A DNA stretch of 64,000 nucleotides from Mustelus asterias (lineage: Eukaryota): contig NW_027590138.1 of assembly GCF_964213995.1 (NCBI RefSeq), positions 248,001 to 312,000 on the forward strand, written 5' to 3'. A model generated the notes under the pieces. That model had not been told where the DNA came from. It saw nothing but the letters and a program-made list of their open reading frames with translations, and did not search any database. The number at the start of each line of letters is the position of its first letter. Within the stretch, counting starts at the first letter, position 1. Position numbers and translations under genes: made by a program. This document shows positions 60,165 to 64,000 of this stretch, piece after piece.

Positions 60165-61094
60165 GCCTATTAATACAGAATACAGCTCCTGTCTGTTGTG
60201 GCTTGTGTAAAATCGCGGTAGATGTAGCCACAATGTACAGCAAAAGGAAACCAAGCCAACCTCGAATGAAACTGTTCCCAGGAGCAACGACACAAACAAA
60301 CTGCCGATTTCAATCCGACAAACAGATCAGCACAGAGTCATATTTGAAGATACCCGTTCTAATCCCCGCCTTTAATAATTTGTTCTCTACCCTGGGGATG
60401 TTCATGCCTCACTTCCCTATGTGACTCTGGTTCTGTGAGACCACTTGGTGGCGATCTGGTGCTGACATGGAAAGAAAAGCGTCCGAACCTGGCTACAGTC
60501 AGTGTCTTGATAGGGGAACGGCCGCACTTTCAGAGACTGGGGGAGATGGAAGAGGTGGGCGGGGAATGTAATCCTGGTCTGTATATTATCATCAGAAAAA
60601 TCTGGATTGTTAGTGCTGACAGAAACCACACCAGCCTCCAGGAAACATTCTGAAGCTCAGTGGGCACGAGGGAAAATTTACTTGGGGTTGGTTTAAAGAT
60701 CACAGTCACCACTTTGCGAAATCTGTTCAATGTGAATAAGTTTTCTCTGATTCGGAACGTACTCTGTTTAAATAAACTGTGAGCAGGCCGCGGTCAAAGG
60801 CTCCAGGAAACTGGGAGGGGATATGAAGAGAGGGTTGTTCAATGTTACAGTCACGGAAATGTTTGTGGCTCAAAACTGGGTAGGAGCGCTGTTGGACATT
60901 TTTCATTAAGCGTGTGCGAAGTCTGTATGATTTAATTTCATTACGCAACATTACACGAATCTCGATGTAACATCATTTCAAATGCTTTCAGGAATATCAG
61001 AAATGCTGTACTTTAGGACGCAATGTCAGGAAATAAATGTTTGTACACATTCGCAACTTGTTCAGTCCACAACAATATTTAATGGATTTATAGA

Positions 61095-61685
61095 TGCAGA
61101 CTAACATATGTAATCGCCATCTGAAACATGTCTAATGGTATTGCGTGCTCTAAGACATAGACACAAGTAAAACTGTAAGTGAACTAGAGGAAATGGCGCA
61201 CAATTTCCATAAGTATTTTTAAAAAATTGTTCTTCATGATAAAGAATTAGGAAAAACCTCTCGGGCAGATGAGGCAATCGTGGATCAGTGCGGACCTGCT
61301 GGGCCTACTGTAGATGAACGAGATTTCAGCGCCAGAATGTTTCACACATAGAAAAAAGAGGGATCAAGTATAACTAACAGGTCATTTTTCAATCTGTTTC
61401 CTTGAAGGATGTTTGATTTTGTTTAAAAGATGACTATGGTCAATCTCAATGAAGCACCATGGGATGTCTATTACCCAGTGACTCGATTCCTTTTGTTGGT
61501 CAGTCATGTTCAATTTTGAAATTCTGGATTAGTTGAGACACCAGGTTGAAAGCAACGGTTGTTTTATTATATTGAGTTATATTGAACTCAATCCACCTAA
61601 CTCTCAGTCTAACCCTGAGAACCTGCAGCAACCGACCTGAGTTGAACAATGCAGACAGACCAACTGCACATTCCAGAATTAAGAC
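61095..61685 (-). repeat. Inverted relic of the tRNA-Val unit spacer
   Basis: CCATCTGAAACATGTCTAATGGTA...GAGGAAATGGCGCACA and AACCTGCAGCAAC...GTTGAACAATGCAGA are reverse complements of sequence at ~210-310 and ~660-800 and their paralogs. The tRNA itself is absent. Confidence 0.75.
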
Positions 61686-61727
61686 ATATATATGAAATAA
61701 ATGGATTAATACCAAGTATCGAAAGAA

Positions 61728-63790
61728 GATTATTGTCACATACATTAACATACAGTGAAAATATTGTTTCTTGCGCGTTATAGAGACAAAAAGTACCTTC
61801 ATAGAGAAGGAAAAGAGATGGTGCAGAATGTAGTGTTACAGTCATAGCTAGGATGTAGAGAATGATCAACTTAATGCAAGGCAAGTCCATTCAAAAGTCT
61901 GATAGCAGCAGGGAAGAAGCTGTTCTTGAGTCGTATGGTACACCACCTCAGAGTTTTGTAGAAGGTGGAAGAGAGAATGTCCGGGCTCCGTGGTGTTCTT
62001 AGTGATGCTGGCTGCTTTGCTGAGGCTACGGAAAATGTAGACAGAGTCAATGGATGGGAAACTGGTTTGCGTGCTGGATTGAACTACATTAACGACCTTT
62101 TGTAGTTACTTGCGGTCTTGGGCAGAGCAGGAGCCATACCAAGCTGTGCTACAACCAGAAAGAATGCTTTCTATGGTGCATCTGTTAACGTTGGTGAGAG
62201 TCGTAGCTGACAGGCCAAATTTCCTTAGTCTTCTGAGAAAGTAGAGGCGTTGCTGGGCTCTCTTAACTATAGTGTCGGCATGGGGGGGCCCAGGACAGGT
62301 TGTTGGTGATCTGGACACATAAAAACTTGAATCTCTACCCTTTCTACTTCGTCCCCGTTGATGTAGACAGGGGCATGTTTTCCTTTACGCTCCCTGAAGT
62401 CGATGACAATCTCCTTCGTTTTGTTGACATTGAGGGAGAGATTATTGTTGCCGCATCAGTTCACCAGATTCTCTATCTCAGTAGACTGGGGCGATACTCA
62501 TTGGAATTCAGAAGAATGAGGGGAGATCTTATAGAAACATATAAGATTATGAAGAGAATAGACAAAATAGAAGCAGGGAAGTTGTTTCCACTGGCGGGTG
62601 AAACTAGAACTGGGGGGAATATCCTCAAAATAAGCGGAAGCAGATTTAGGACTGAGTTGAGGAGGAACCTCTTCACATAAAGGGTTGTGAATCTGTGGCA
62701 TTCCCTACCCAGTGAAGCATTTGAGGCTACCTCATTGAATGTTTTTAAGGCAAGGATAGATACATTTTTGAACAGTAAAGGAATTAAGGGTTATGGTGAG
62801 AGGGCGGGTAAGTGGAGCTGAGTCCACAAAAAGATCAGCCATGATCTTATTGAATGGCGGAGCAGGCTCGAGGGGCCTGATGTCCTACTCCTGCTCCTAG
62901 TTCTTATGTTCTTATTCTTATGTTCTTATTCCTGAACTCTGTCTCATCATTGTTTGAGATCCGACCCGCCACGATGGAGTCGGCAGCAAACTTGAAAATC
63001 GTATAGAAGGGGAATTTGGCCACACAGTCATAGGTATATACGGAGTTATAGTAGGGGGCTGAGAACACAGCGCTGTGGAACACCTGTGTTGAGGGTGATC
63101 GGGGAGGAGGTGTTGTTGCCTATTCTTACTGATTGTGATCTATGAGTTAGGATGTTCAGGATCCAATCGCAGAGAGAGGTGTCAAGGCCCAGGCCACGGA
63201 GTTTGGAGGTGATTTTCGTGGGAACGATGGTGTTGAAGGCTGAGCTGTGGTCAATAAATCGGAGTGTATCATAGGTGTCCTTGTTATCTAGGTGTTCCAG
63301 AGTTGAGTGCAGGGCCAGGCAGATGGCGTCTGCTGTGGACCTGTTGCGGCGAAAGGCAAACTGTAGTGGATCCAGGTAGTCCACGAGGCTGGAATTGGTT
63401 CATGCCATGACTAACCTTTCGAAGTACTTCATAATGATGGATGTCAGAGCCACCGGCCGATAGTCGTTAAGACACACTGCTTGTTTTTTCTTAGGTACCG
63501 AGATGATGGTCGTTATCTTGAAGCAGATAGGGACCTCAGATTACTGGAAAGAGAGGTTGAAGATGTCTGTGAATACCTCCGTCAGCTGATCCGCGCAGGA
63601 TCTGTGTGCTCGTCCGGGTACCCCAGTCGCTTTCCAAGGGTTGACCTTCGAGAAGGCTGCTCTGACATCTGCAATGGTGACCCCAGGTACAGGTTCATCG
63701 AGAGCTTCCAGGGTAGAGGGCATGCTCTTGCTGACCTCTTGCTCAAAACGGGCGTAGAATGCATTGAGCTCATCAGTGCGTTGGAGCCGA
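61728..63790 (-). mobile_element. Rex1/Babar-like LINE, truncated and degenerate
   Basis: [17 protein letters not shown]...[13 protein letters not shown]...[13 protein letters not shown] and KRAQQRLYFLRRLRKFG. Confidence 0.87.
62481..62928 (+). mobile_element. CR1 3' fragment nested in a Rex1-like element
   Basis: RLGRYSLEFRRMRGDLIETYKIM... with a (TTCTTATG)n tail. It splits the host sequence ATCTCA|TTCCTG, seen uninterrupted at ~41082. Confidence 0.88.
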
Positions 63791-64000
63791 CGATTTTACA
63801 TGCCTTCTACTTGTATCCTGCAGCGAGTAACTCACCTGATTCCCCAAAATCTATCCACCATCTGCAAGGCACAATTCAAGAGTGTGAGTGAATACTCCCC
63901 ACTTACGTGGGTGATGCAGGAGCTCACCAAAGGCACCTTGGGCAGCAGTTTCTAAATCCAAGACCGCTATCACCTGGAAGTTCTCTTCCAAGCCAATCAC

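Noticed and set aside
59884-60210. ORF-track 108-aa protein as the real product
   Set aside because: The true start is the spliced leader at 59666. The ORF starts at an internal GTG and reads through the RSS.
1-64000. CRISPR arrays, prokaryotic operons, rRNA or snRNA genes, selenocysteine or nonsense-suppressor tRNAs, TCR D/J/C segments
   Set aside because: None were recognisable by eye. The DNA is vertebrate and the repeats are segmental duplications and retroelements.

Overview
This is eukaryotic, almost certainly elasmobranch (shark) genomic DNA, judged from HE1-type V-SINEs, SacSINE1/DeuSINE-like SINEs, CR1, Rex1, Tx1 and Penelope retroelements. Most of the window (about 1-54.4 kb, with a relic at 61.1-61.7 kb) is a tRNA gene cluster built by segmental duplication. 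It has a ~1.2-kb tRNA-Val tandem unit and a ~9-kb multi-tRNA cassette (Thr-Glu-Leu-Pro-Lys-Glu-Cys-Asn) present as two direct copies, one partial copy and one inverted, internally deleted copy. Most tRNA copies are pseudogenes. Leu(TAG), Thr(TGT), Cys(GCA), Asn(GTT) and two Pro(TGG) genes look intact. Main highlights: (1) both tRNA-Pro(TGG) genes carry an 18-nt intron at the canonical 37/38 site with an anticodon-intron helix; (2) they lie in a 476-bp direct duplication that exactly brackets a 5'-truncated Tx1-clade LINE, resembling a giant target-site duplication that copied a gene; (3) an apparently functional TCR alpha/delta-type V segment (leader, intron, V exon, near-consensus 23-RSS) and a second V pseudogene not in the ORF track sit inside tRNA-cluster DNA with CTCF-like motifs nearby; (4) there is a GPR139/142-like GPCR pseudogene; (5) Penelope repeats carry minimal hammerhead-ribozyme motifs. 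All calls were made by eye. Coordinates of degenerate elements are approximate.
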